Shown here piece after piece: positions 27,345-39,208 of a DNA stretch of 64,000 bases. The stretch covers positions 16,036,105 through 16,100,104 of the forward strand of contig CM119267.1 in assembly GCA_051294375.1 (NCBI GenBank). Direction: 5' to 3'. Numbering within the stretch: the stretch's first letter is position 1; each line of letters starts with the position of its first letter. The position numbers and the translations under genes were made by a program. Below the pieces are notes generated by a model. That model worked only from the letters and a program-made list of their open reading frames with translations. It did no database searches and was not told the DNA's origin. The DNA is from Paraspadella gotoi. Taxonomy: Eukaryota; Animalia; Chaetognatha.

Positions 27345-28020
27345 TGTCTTGAGTTTCCTTGTCGTTCCCATGTTTTGGATACAGAGGGAGATTAAATTCT
27401 TTGTTAACAACAAATGGCCCACATCCTTAGATATTAGGAATGGGTAGAAAGTCCCTCTACGGCAGGTCTCTCGGCTTGACCATTGTCGTCGTCATCGCTG
27501 TCATTGTTTTCGTCGTCGTCGCATTGTTGTAGTTTACACGTATCGACCATATAAGAAACAAACATGGACTCCAGTCGTTTAAAATCATTGTTAAAGGTTA
27601 AATAAAATGGGCTCGATCCTGACCGTCGTCGTGGTCGTCGTCGTGGTCGTCGTCGTGGTCGTCGTCGTGGTCGTCGTCGTCGTCGTCCTCGTCGAGGTTT
27701 TCATGAAAAATTCAAGGTTTAGTGACAGGTTGGACGAAAAGGAGAACCTGAACGAACAAAGAAAATGGACGTTGGAAGATGGAGAGAGAGAGNNNNNNNN
27801 NNNNNNNNNNNNNNNNNNNNNNNNNNNNNNNNNNNNNNNNNNNNNNNNNNNNNNNNNNNNNNNNNNNNNNNNNNNNNNNNNNNNNNNNNNNNNNNNNNNN
27901 NNNNNNNNNNNNNNNNNNNNNNNNNNNNNNNNNNNNNNNNNNNNNNNNNNNNNNNNNNNNNNNNNNNNNNNNNNNNNNNNNNNNNNNNNNNNNNNNNNNN
28001 NNNNNAGAGAGAGAGAGAGA
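22441..28020 (+). repeat. Duplicated block B, copy 2 (several N gaps)
   Basis: Colinear with 5820-11770. Most N gaps fall where copy 1 has GA tracts or other low-complexity sequence. Confidence 0.92.
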
Positions 28021-28392
28021 GAGGGTGGAGGTAAAGGGAGTAAGAGTCAGAGAAATTCTGTCGAAAGTCGAAAACTAAAAGTAGGGAGGACAGAAAGAGA
28101 GACAGAGGGTAAAAGGAAGGCTGTGGAAACGGAAGAGGGAGGAAGAGGCCGAAGTTTATGTAGATACGCGAAAAGTAAAAGGAATTAGTAAGAGAACGAA
28201 AAAAAAGGTGAGGAGAGGTGAGGCTACGAAAGAACTGGAGATGGACGAAGTTATTTTTTTTTTTGTGATAAAAAGAAAAGGAATAAATTTTAGTTCTAAA
28301 TTCAAAAGTCTAATTCTCCGCAGCCTTAAAATCGAGAAAATGAGCAAAGAAATTGCGGGCGTGCTCTGCGGCGGCGGCCACGGCGACCGCGG
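28020..28392 (+). repeat. Block C, empty-site copy
   Basis: 28020-28153 matches 31040-31179 and 28201-28392 matches 33772-33975. The ~2.6 kb between those two segments is missing here. Confidence 0.85.
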
Positions 28393-28464
28393 CAGAGAAG
28401 GAGAGAGAGTCGAGAGAATGAATGATTGAGAGAAGATGAAGAACTCATGAGAGAGAGATGAGAA

Positions 28465-29451
28465 AGAGAGGAAAGCTATTTTTTTCCATTTTTTTTTCTG
28501 AGTTTTCGCCCGAAAACGACAGAGAAAAAGTAATAAATAAATGGATGTCAATTTCCATAAAGAAATTCCGCTTTCTTTGCTCTTTGTTTCTTTCGTAATG
28601 GAAACTCGAAACGTTAGTTTGAGTTTTTCTGCTTCGTGCGGAAATAGCGCACGCGTGCACGTTCGCACGCGATCGCCTTTCGTCACGCCACGATCGGTGA
28701 CACCGACGACACTGCCATCTCCTTTTCCCCTTGCGCCATATTCCCTTTTAGATTGGAATCTCGGATTGCTCTTTTTTTTTTCGCTCGTTTTTCTTACTTC
28801 GACCTTTACCCGCCCTTTACGTCCCGCTTCCATGCCATACCGTAACATTGCCTCTGCTTGCCATGCCTCGCCTCGACTTCCCCTTGCGCTATTTGACATG
28901 GCCTGTCCTTTCCTTCCTACTCGTCAAATCCGTTAGAAATAATCACGAAACAAAGCAAAGATAAAGCGAAAATTTAATTAGAAATTTTATAATTAAAAAA
29001 AAAAAAACGATTTAAAATTTTGAAATGAAAGTGAATTTTACGATTGCGAACAAAAATCGGCTGAGACGACGACGATGAGAACGACGACAGTCAAACGACG
29101 ACGACGACGACACGATCGACGTGTCGTAGTACGACGGTTGACGCAAAATGTTCACGTATCGGAAATTTGAACTTCAGAAAATTGTGGTTAACTGATGGAA
29201 AAAAAATCTAGCGAAAAAAAAAGACTAGAATAGATTTTTAAAAAAAGAGCGTTTCAAAAAAAAAAAAAAAAAGAAAAGAAAAAAATAATCGTTGTTTACG
29301 ATTTCTTGTTTTCAAAGAAAGAAAAAAAATATCCAGAAAAAACCCTTCGTGCGTCTGCAATAAGGACTGACTCTGAGAAACGTTTTAGATCAGCTGAGGA
29401 AGGAAAGAGAGAGAGAGAGCAGAGAGAGAGAGAGAGGAGAGAGATAAGGAA

Positions 29452-29491
<40 letters not shown>

Positions 29492-31040
29492 GATAGCAAT
29501 AATTTTTTCTGTCGACTTTTTCCCCCTTTCCGTCTCATGGCGACGCGAAAAACGCAAATTTCTGAAGAATTTTCAACAAACTCGAGCAAGTCGACGACGG
29601 ACGACGACGACGACGACGACAAAAACGGACGAGCGACGGCGAGTTGACCTTGACCCGCCCCACCCTCAAACCATTGACCTTTTTAGACGAAAGGTATTTA
29701 CGTCGTCGTCATCGTTACGTCGTCGTTCTTTCATCGTCGCCTTTTGAATTTGCAAAAGGTCTCTTGGGTTCCAACTCGAAGCGGTTTCGTCGTAACGATG
29801 CCACGTCGATTTTGACGCGAAAAATAAGAAGTTTGTGGTTATTCATGCTATAACATTGTTACGATGACATTGTATCAAAACAAAAAAAGCATTTTGCATT
29901 CTGGTTTAATATGTATATTGCTACAATTTTAAATAAATCTTATTTCTCGTTTTTATAATTGATATTTTCTATGGTTCATCGATACGCGAAAAAAAATGTC
30001 GAAAAAGAAAAAGAAGCGAAATCTTAAAGTTGATCCCATATTTGACAACACTAACCTACCTAGCTCTACTCAAATATTGAACCAAAATATATAAAATGCT
30101 AGAAGAAGTAATTTTATTTTATCTTGTTACGGAGATTCAAGTTCATTGGCTTTTAGAGTCTATATGAAACTTATTCTTGTCGGAAAAAAAAATCTGCGGT
30201 TGATTTGACAAAAAAAAGTGGTCAGCAGTCTCGATTTGCAACCAGGCGCACCTGAGACGCAGAATTTGACAACCTGACGGGCGATTCGCGAGACGAAGGG
30301 TAATCGCTTTTCCCTCCTTATTTTTGCGTGGCAAAACGTCGTCGTTCGTCGTCGTCGTCGTCGCTCTTCCGTCGTCGTCGTCGTCGTCGTCGCTGTCTTG
30401 GAGTTTCCTTTGTTCGTTTCCCATAGCTTTTGGATTACCAGAGGGAGAAATTAATAATTCTTTGTTAACAACAAATGGCCCACATCCTTAGATAATTGGA
30501 ATGGGTTAGAAAGTCCCTTCTACGGCCGGTCTTCTTCAGCTTGACCATTGTCGTTCGTCATCGCTATCATTGTTTTCGTTCGTCGTCGCTATTGTTGTAG
30601 TTTACAACGTACGACCATATAAGAAAACAAACATGGACTCCAGTTCGTTTTAAAATCATTGTTAAAGGTTAAATTAAAATGGGCTCGATCCTGACCGTCG
30701 TCTGTGGTCGTCGTCGTGCGTCGTCGTCGTTGGTCGTCGTCGGTCTTGGTCGCCGTCGTGGTCGGTCGTCGTGGTACGTCGTCGTCGTTCGTCGTCGTCT
30801 TGTCGCCGTCGTGGTCGTTTCGTTCGTGGTTCGTTCGTCTGTGTCGTCGTCCTTCGTTCGAGGTTTTTCATGGAAAAATCAAGGTTTAGTGCAGGTTGGG
30901 ACGAAAAGGAGAACCTGACGAACAAAGAAAATGGACGTTGGAAGATGGGGAGAGAGAGAGAGAGAGAGGTAGAGAGAGAGAGAGAGAGAAGAGGAGAGAG
31001 AGAGAGATAGACGAGAGGAAGATGAGAGAGAGAGAGAGAG
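28465..31040 (+). repeat. Duplicated block B, partial copy 3
   Basis: Matches 9165-11770 and 25750-28020 (gaaagctatttttttccattttttttt ... ggacgaaaaggagaacctga). Confidence 0.9.
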
Positions 31041-31191
31041 GGTGGAGGCTAAAGGCGAGTTAAGAGTCAGAGAAATTTCTGTCGAAAGTCGCAAAACTAA
31101 ATAGTAGGCGGAGGACAGAAAAGAGAGACAGAGGGGTAAAAGGAAGGCTGTGGGAAAGGAAGAGGAGGAAGAGGCCGAAAAAAAGTCTAAT

Positions 31192-33767
31192 TAGAGTCAG
31201 CAGCCCTTATTTCGACTTATTGATTTCGACTTACCTCAAAACGCGTTACAATGAATCATGATTTCATGATTTTATGTAATTCATGCCTCCCATCTTCTAT
31301 TAATATGCCACTCCTTCAATTCGTTTTATTTTGGCATCTACTTTTACTCATTCCTCCTCTAACTCCATCCACTACTCACACCTAATTATGATCATTACGG
31401 AAAAGACTAACCAATTCATCCAGCAACAAAAAGATATTGAGACAAATTCATACGGTTAATCATATGAATGAATTCATTACACTAAAAAAATAAACGGCAG
31501 CGGAAAGAAATATAAAAGAAACAACTTGGCAATGGTTAACAAGTCTATTACTTGATTCGATGAAGTCTTTTTGTCAGTTTCATTGTAATGAATTTCACTT
31601 ATCTCAGATTTCATTTTATGAAATCATGTTGATGAGCATCCGTTAGAGACGAATTATTTAGTTGAATTTATTAAATTGAATTCATTCCCATTGCAGTAAA
31701 TTAACATTGGGAAATCTTATCACGAATATGAGACTGAAAGTTTCCTTGCTTTTTAGTAGTACATGTTACTACAAAACGCGTTTTAAAGAATGAATTTCCT
31801 TTTCAGATTCATTCTTTAAATTCATTACTACTGAGACCAGTTTTGAAAATTTTTTTTTAAAAAACAATTAATCCAACAAGACAATCCTTTATATAAATAT
31901 ATTTTGATAAATTAAAACAGAGATAAATAAAAAAATTCTGAAAAAATTTAATAAATATATTTTTTATCTGGAGTTGTAACCCGGGATCATTGACGACGGT
32001 AACAATATGGTTTAACCGCTTGCTCCACCTTAAGCTCATAACAAATGAAAGGATTTTGTCAATATGTGTTTTGAACTGCGTTTTTTAAATGTCTTCAAAA
32101 AACTTGCATAATTTAAAATTGTAATTGGAACTTCACCCCCATTGGATACTTAGAAACTTGTCCAAAATAATATTGATATAAATGAGAATTTTTCAGGTCG
32201 TTAATCATTGTATCATTAAAAAAATATTATAATGCAACCAAAGACTGCATTCATTTCTGTTTTAATGCCCAGTTCCTTGTCCATTGGTCGCGTGGTTGGT
32301 TTTTTCCAAAATTACAATGCGGTAAGAAACGAAATTTGTTTGTTTTTCCTTGTTCTGACGAAACAATCTCAGAAGACATTTAGTATGACTATTGATTTCT
32401 AATTTAGGGAAAAAAGGTTTCGGTTAAAAAAAAAAACCATAATAGTTTGTCTCATATTGCTGTAAGAGCTTTTGCACAGTAATTGTACATTTTAAAGAAG
32501 ACCACTTATAGCTCTTCAATATGCCGTGTTAAAAAAAATACTTCTAAGTCTTTCTGTTTGCTACAAACATTCATGATAATGAATTCATTTTGAGCTGAAT
32601 TCATATTATTAATTTTTCATGGATTTTTTTTAAATGTTGTTTTTGGTAGTATGTGTTACTTCGGCCAACAATATTTGTTTTAATTTGCCAAAGCAAATTC
32701 AATATTTTTTTTCGTTTTTTCTTTCCAAATTTGATTTAAAGATTTTTATTATAACTGGATTCATCATCAATTTTTTGGTAATTGGATTTAATTCGCATTG
32801 ATTTTATTCACTTTTTTATTTGCAGTTTTTTATATAAAGTATTTTAAAGCATGATAAAAGTTAAATCAGCACATATAAGTTTTTTTAAAAAACAATGGCA
32901 TTGAAAATTAGATGACGAAAATATTAGTGATTGCGAAAAGAAGAAAACAAAGGAAATTTGTTTATTGTATTCATAACATTGGAATTCACTTTCTGTTATT
33001 CATATTGAAATCATTAATAAAGGAAAATTTGTTTTATTGAATTCCATTAAAACATTGAATTCCACTTCTGTTATTTGTTTTTTATTTATTTTTTGTTCAA
33101 AAATGCTTTCTTCTGAGTGGTACTTAGCCTAATTTAAAAATATTACCATTACTATATAGCAGCAAATTTTTTTAAATCTTTAAAATTTTTTGCATAGAAT
33201 CTGATAGAGCACCAAAAAGTAAAACAAGAAATATAAATTTACAATGAAAAATATAAAAAAAAACTGATAAAATCATTCAAAAAGATGATGATTGATTTTT
33301 AGGTTTTTCATTTTTGATTACACTTATCGTAAAAATATTTAAAAAAGAATTATACTTTGTGTTAGACAACTTTTTATGCAGCTAATTTTGAATCGGTCTT
33401 AAAATTTAAAAACTCTAAAAAAAATTTCTGGCCTTTCCTATCTATAAATAAAATTATTTAAAAAATGAATTACTAGGGTATAGAGCCATTATTAGAAATT
33501 TTTTGTCCATGAAAGTATTACTCTAAATGTTTCGCTTTGGACTCACCCCATTGAGTGCTGGCTACCCCTATTTATAAACATGAAATTCACTACAATGAAT
33601 TAATTGATCTCGAAATTTAGAGCGTTTAATGAATTTCATGCTCCTCCGGCGCATTCGACTGATAATTGAGTCGAATTCGACCTTTTCGACCACTAAAATC
33701 AGTCGCTGCGACTTTTCGACCGTTTTGCGAGTCGAAAACTGTGGTCGAATAACTGCTCTGACTTATA
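31192..33767. mobile_element. TIR-flanked ~2.6 kb AT-rich insertion, putative non-autonomous DNA transposon (boundaries approximate)
   Basis: Absent from the homologous site at 28153-28201. Left end TAGAGTCAGCAGCCCTTATTTCGAC (31192-31216) resembles the reverse complement of 33744-33767, TATAAGTCAGAGCAGTTATTCGAC. Subterminal TTCGAC/GTCGAA motifs cluster at both ends; many internal ATGAATTC-like motifs. No clear TSD. Confidence 0.6.
31782..31820. other. Perfect 14-bp inverted repeat (hairpin) inside the insertion
   Basis: TTTAAAGAATGAAT (31782-31795) / ATTCATTCTTTAAA (31807-31820), 11-nt loop. Confidence 0.8.
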
Positions 33768-34491
33768 CCTCAAAAAATGGTGAGCGAGATGGTATAGGCT
33801 ACGAAAGAACTGGAGATGACGAAGTTCATTTTTTTTTTTTTTGTGATAAATAAGAAAAGCGATATAAATTTAGTTCTTAAATTTCAAAAGTCTAATTCTC
33901 CGCAGCCTTTAAATCGAAAAATGAGCAAAGAAATTGCGGGCGCGTGCTCTGCGGCGGCGGCCACGGCGACCGCGGCGTCGCGGCGTCGAATTTACAGCGA
34001 TGATATTTACGGCGTCGTCAGCTGGCGAANNNNNNNNNNNNNNNNNNNNNNNNNAAAAGGTCAGGACTGCGAGGGAATGCCGGCGACGAAAACGGCAACG
34101 AGGGCGGCGTGATCATTCATCTGATGTCGGGGCATGCGCATTGCGGCTTACGTGCTTTTTTTGATTGGCTCGATGAAAGAAAAAAAAAAAGTAACAATGT
34201 CTTAGGATTTTTTTTTTTTCAGATTGATTTTTAATTGGGGAAGCAAGAAATAATCTGTTTGGTTATGTTTCCACTTCTAAAAAGAAAAAAAAAACGCATA
34301 TTCGCTTTCTGACTTTGTTGATTGTAAAAGTCGAGCGATAAAATTGTGATTTGAAAAAAAAAGAAAGATTTGAGTGAAGTTAAAAAAAAGGGAAACAATA
34401 AAAACCGATTGCTTACGTTGTCGTTGGTGCAATCGTTGTTCAGCACAGATGAAGAATATAAAATTGAGTGGAAGAGCAAGAAGACATTCAT

Positions 34492-34527
<36 letters not shown>

Positions 34528-36286
34528 AGAATCGAAAGAAACTCGACCGCCGTCCATATTGTCGGACACAAAAGCGGAACATCCCCTCCCATTTTCCGAC
34601 GCAGACTCGGTCCGTCCGACAGAGAGAAGGAGAATTCTCTTCCCCCCCCTTTTTTTTTCCCGTCGGCATTTCCGGAACCTCCTCCGATTTTCCGGCTGCT
34701 TTCCGACACTTCGTGGAAATGAGGCCATATCCCGAGGAAAATAGCCCGAGTTTGCGTCTTTTACAGCCGCCGACGCCGCTGCCGCTGCCGCTGCCGGCGC
34801 CGCAGACGGCTCAGCTGCCGCCTCTACTTAAGACGTGCGAGTGGCGTTCTCGTTGCAGTTTGTTCTTTGTGGTCAAACTCGAAGTTGTAACGACCGGTAC
34901 AAAACTGACTGCTGATGCACATTAGAGTTTAGACTGATGAGGACGAAACGGAATGAGACTGAAAAATGCTAAAGTGGTTTGAATGTGTATGATCGCTCAC
35001 TTTGAAATATACTTCACACGCATGATTTATATAATAACCTAGTAGTGAAATGCAGAAAAGAAGACTAATGAGTCAATTCCGAAAACAGATAAATCTGTTG
35101 GGAAATTTCACTTCTAAACCGGAAAATTCTATATCGTAACATTGCCTTCATAATGAATCTGTCGTCGTCTCGTCGTCGTCGTCGTCGTCGCGTGTCTTCG
35201 TTTACGCAAAAAAAAAAAGGAATTCGTTTTCGTTTGCAGTGAGGTTGAGGAGCGGGAGGGGGCGGCGTCGGGTGAGGGTAAGGGAAGAGGTAAGTACGAT
35301 TTTGTTGTTTGTCGCCTTCGTGAGTTTTTTTTTTCACGGTCGCCGCTTCTTTCGACGCGTCACAACTCGAAGAACGCGGAGCTGCGCACGCGCAGTGGAC
35401 CAAGCGAGCGCGCGTCTCTAAATCGAAAAAGATATAAAAGGCGAAAACGTTTTTACGAACGTCAATTTAATACTTAATTACTTACGAATCAAAATCAACT
35501 GAACATTAATAATGCAAATTGACAGGGTAAATTCCGATCTTCAAAATATTAGAACTAAGGAAAACAAAATAACAACAAGAAAAAAAAAACAAAATAACAA
35601 CAGCAAGAAAACAAAGAAACAATCTTCTCCAATCACTTGGCTCTGGCTTCATCCTTTCCAAGCGAGAGGGCGCTCCATCGAATTGAAATGAGGTGCCTCA
35701 CTTTTTCGCGCAACCCATCATTAGGATCGGGCCGCTCGTAATAGAAGAGCGCGGTAACCGAACGCGTTTCAACCTTTCATCATTAGTCATTAGTCAACCA
35801 GCACGACGCTNNNNNNNNNNNNNNNNNNNNNNNNNNNNNNNNNNNNNNNNNNNNNNNNNNNNNNNNNNNNNNNNNNNNNNNNNNNNNNNNNNNNNNNNNN
35901 NNNNNNNNNNNNNNNNNNNNNNNNNNNNNNNNNNNNNNNNNNNNNNNNNNNNNNNNNNNNNNNNNNNNNNNNNNNNNNNNNNNNNNNNNNNNNNNNNNNN
36001 NNNNNNNNNNNNNNNNNNNNNNNNNNNNNNNNNNNNNNNNNNNNNNNNNNNNNNNNNNNNNNNNNNNNNNNNNNNNNNNNNNNNNNNNNNNNNNNNNNNN
36101 NNNNNNNNNNNNNNNNNNNNNNNNNNNNNNNNNNNNNNNNNNNNNNNNNNNNNNNNNNNNNNNNNNNNNNNNNNNNNNNNNNNNNNNNNNNNNNNNNNNN
36201 NNNNNNTCTTAATTAGCCCGGCCACTCTCTCTTCTCTTCTCTCCTTCTCCTCTCTCCCTTCTCTCTCTCTCTCTGCTTCTCTCTCT

Positions 36287-36321
<35 letters not shown>

Positions 36322-37020
36322 TCTCTCTCTCTCTTCTCCGCGGCCTGTTAATTAAAGGCGCGCGCGAGCGTGTCAGAGTTTTTTGCTTTTTGTATTAATA
36401 ACTATAGCGCGCATTGCTCCTTTGTTGCCCGCCGACGTTGGCTCTTCGTCGTTCGACAGTAAAACTCGCGCGAGACGTCAAAACCGTAGTCTTTTCGTCG
36501 ACTGGGTACGATTGGCGGAAGGTGTGCAATAGGAGGCAACTGGGGGGAGTTGAAGCGGCAGGAAGGGGGGTTGTTATGGAGGGGGGGGTGAAAGAAAGGA
36601 GCGGTTCGTGGGAATGGTAAATATTTAATTCTTTAGTCTGTGGTCAAAATTTATAGAAAAAAATAAAATAAAAAACAAAATACAAAGGACAAAACAAAAC
36701 AAAACAAAATTCTATTTAATAAATGAATGGATATTTTTTGTACATGTACCAATTCCATACGGTGTTTACATTTTCCCAAGCAATTCGTATCTTTTGACCC
36801 AAATTCGTGAACTGCGTTCCTCTTTAACCCCGGGCGCGAGACCTGGTCGCTCCGAAGTTCCGCCTTTCGCTGATTGACTCCAAGAAATACGAGTCAAGAA
36901 ATAGACTCCTTCCGCGGAAAACAATTTAGCGATAGGCCGAGCGAGAACCGTTTCGAAAGGAATATACAACGCGGCGGCGACGACGGTAGCGGCGCAGCTC
37001 TCCGGTCGGACGACGACGCA

Positions 37021-37320
37021 GCGAGCAGCTGATTAACCCGGCGATGCTGATTGGTTGAAACTACATAAACGCTTAAATCGGACGCCCGATTGGTCGCCGA
37101 TATCAACGACCGCACAACGATTTAAGGAAATGCAGTCTCCGAGAGGCTAAAGCCTTAGAATCAGTCGGGCGAGAATATATACGAGTGTATTCAACAGAGC
37201 TGAAACTACGTCCGCTATTCCCGCTTTGAAGGAATTACATACGGAGTCGCCGCCCGGCGTTGGAGAATTACATACGGGGTTTCTCTGAGGCGAGCGAATT
37301 ACATGCGCGTAACGACTGGA
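37021..37320. promoter_or_regulatory. CpG-rich candidate regulatory island with inverted CCAAT boxes and repeated GAATTACAT motif
   Basis: CTGATTGG at 37047, CCGATTGG at 37086; GAATTACAT(A/G)CG at 37232, 37265, 37296. Function is inferred. Confidence 0.3.
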
Positions 37321-38139
37321 ATCGGTCGGGATAAAGAGTCGAGAATAGGCGAAGATTTGCGGTGAAGGAAAAGGGGGAGGAGGAAGAGGAGNNNNNNNNN
37401 NNNNNNNNNNNNNNNNNNNNNNNNNNNNNNNNNNNNNNNNNNNNNNNNNNNNNNNNNNNNNNNNNNNNNNNNNNNNNNNNNNNNNNNNNNNNNNNNNNNN
37501 NNNNNNNNNNNNNNNNNNNNNNNNNNNNNNNNNNNNNNNNNNNNNNNNNNNNNNNNNNNNNNNNNNNNNNNNNNNNNNNNNNNNNNNNNNNNNNNNNNNN
37601 NNNNNNNNNNNNNNNNNNNNNNNNNNNNNNNNNNNNNNNNNNNNNNNNNNNNNNNNNNNNNNNNNNNNNNNNNNNNNNNNNNNNNNNNNNNNNNNNNNNN
37701 NNNNNNNNNNNNNNNNNNNNNNNNNNNNNNNNNNNNNNNNNNNNNNNNNNNNNNNNNNNNNNNNNNNNNNNNNNNNNNNNNNNNNNNNNNNNNAGAGAAC
37801 AAAATTCGCATTTTCAAGTTATTTTGAGAAACGAAATTAATGCAAGAAAACAATTATTTTTCTATTTACCATACGTGATACGATTTGCCGACAAAAAAAT
37901 GTCACGAACGAAAATATTAACCGGAATAAAAAAAAAATGAAGAAGATAAGAAAATGGCGGCATGAAAATGATAATGAGGAGCGAATCAACGTAGGAGGAA
38001 GGAGAACAATGGCTGCAATGGACCATTGGCCTGGGTTGACTTCCGGAACTCTCGTACGAGGAGAAAATAAACATTAGACTGACTGACAAGGGAGCGAGGA
38101 ATGAGGAATGAACTTGAGAAGAAGATGATTTCATGGAAA

Positions 38140-38179
38140 TGAATGAATGAATGAATGAATGAATGAATGAATGAATGAA
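38140..38179 (+). repeat. (TGAA)n tetranucleotide microsatellite
   Basis: About 9-10 tandem TGAA units. Confidence 0.9.
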
Positions 38180-39127
38180 GGTTGAAGTGGATAAAGTAAC
38201 GAGTTAATCGGAAAACATTTCGTTGTGATGATCGAGATGATAAAGACGATAAATAAGAAAATTGATTAGAAAATTGTTTATTAACGGAAATTAAATTCAA
38301 ATGTGTAAAGTTGGTAATTTAATTCATAATAATTGTTCGTGGTTTTTAAAGTTAGAATTTGAGTAGAATTAGATAGAACTTTTAAATTCAAAAACGAAAA
38401 GGAACATAAGGTTACAAAAGCGAATTGAAAAAGAAAGTTGAGCAAAATGAGGGAGATAAAAAGAAATTTGCGGTTGTGAAATAAAAAGAGAAAAAGTCGA
38501 AGGAAAAAAAGATAAAAATTGGGAGAAAAAAGTCGATGAGAGAAAAAGAAAAAAACAACAAAGAAAAAAAAGGGAAAATTATGTGTGAGGAACGCTACAA
38601 AGAAAAGGAAAAAAACAACACGAAAATTTTGAAACATATTAAAAAATAATAATAATAAAAAAACTACAACGCGAGGACTATTTTACGATAAAAAAAAGTG
38701 AAAATTATTTGGCGGAAATAAACTTTGACAAGAATTTCAAGATCGCAATTTTTTTTTTTCGGTGGAATCGCGCGAAAAATGTGTGTGGGAAAAATAAGAA
38801 TGAAAAAAGAAGTAAATAAAAGGGAAAAGAAGGGAAGCGCGAGAGAAAAAGAAAAAAGAAAAAAAAAGGAAATAAAAAAAAATGGAAGCAAGAAAAGGGA
38901 GGAAAATGGGAAGAAAACGAGATGAAAGCGAAAGCGAATAAAGATGATGAAAATGGAGATTCAAGGACGAGACGGAGGAAAGGGAGGAAGATAAGGGAGG
39001 AAAGTGGGGGAGAGGGAGGAAGAAGGAAAGGAGAAAAGAGGGAGGAAGCGTTAAGATGAAGAAATATAAAAGAAGATAATGTGACGAGTGTGAAAAACAA
39101 AGAATCAAGAAGGATGATAAGAAACGG

Positions 39128-39130
<3 letters not shown>

Positions 39131-39205
<75 letters not shown>
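39131..39205 (+). repeat. (GA)n microsatellite within a long purine-rich tract (~38400-39700)
   Basis: Pure AG run. Confidence 0.95.

Positions 39206-39208
<3 letters not shown>

Noticed and set aside
32101-32114. AACTTGCATAATTT, matching the satellite monomer, inside the 2.6 kb insertion
   Set aside because: A single AT-rich 14-mer; chance cannot be excluded and there is no flanking similarity.
34370-34925. Overlapping 124-183 aa ORFs in a GC-richer island
   Set aside because: Open in several frames on both strands because of the GAC tract and GC content; no recognisable homology or exon structure.
34934-34952. Hammerhead ribozyme core-like CTGATGAGGACGAAAC
   Set aside because: Only four bases lie between CTGATGA and GAAA, and I could not form stems I and III with a properly placed NUH cleavage triplet. 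An Infernal search would settle it.
37232-37307. CRISPR-like repeat-spacer array
   Set aside because: Repeats are only 12-13 bp with three copies, there are no cas genes, and the context is eukaryotic.
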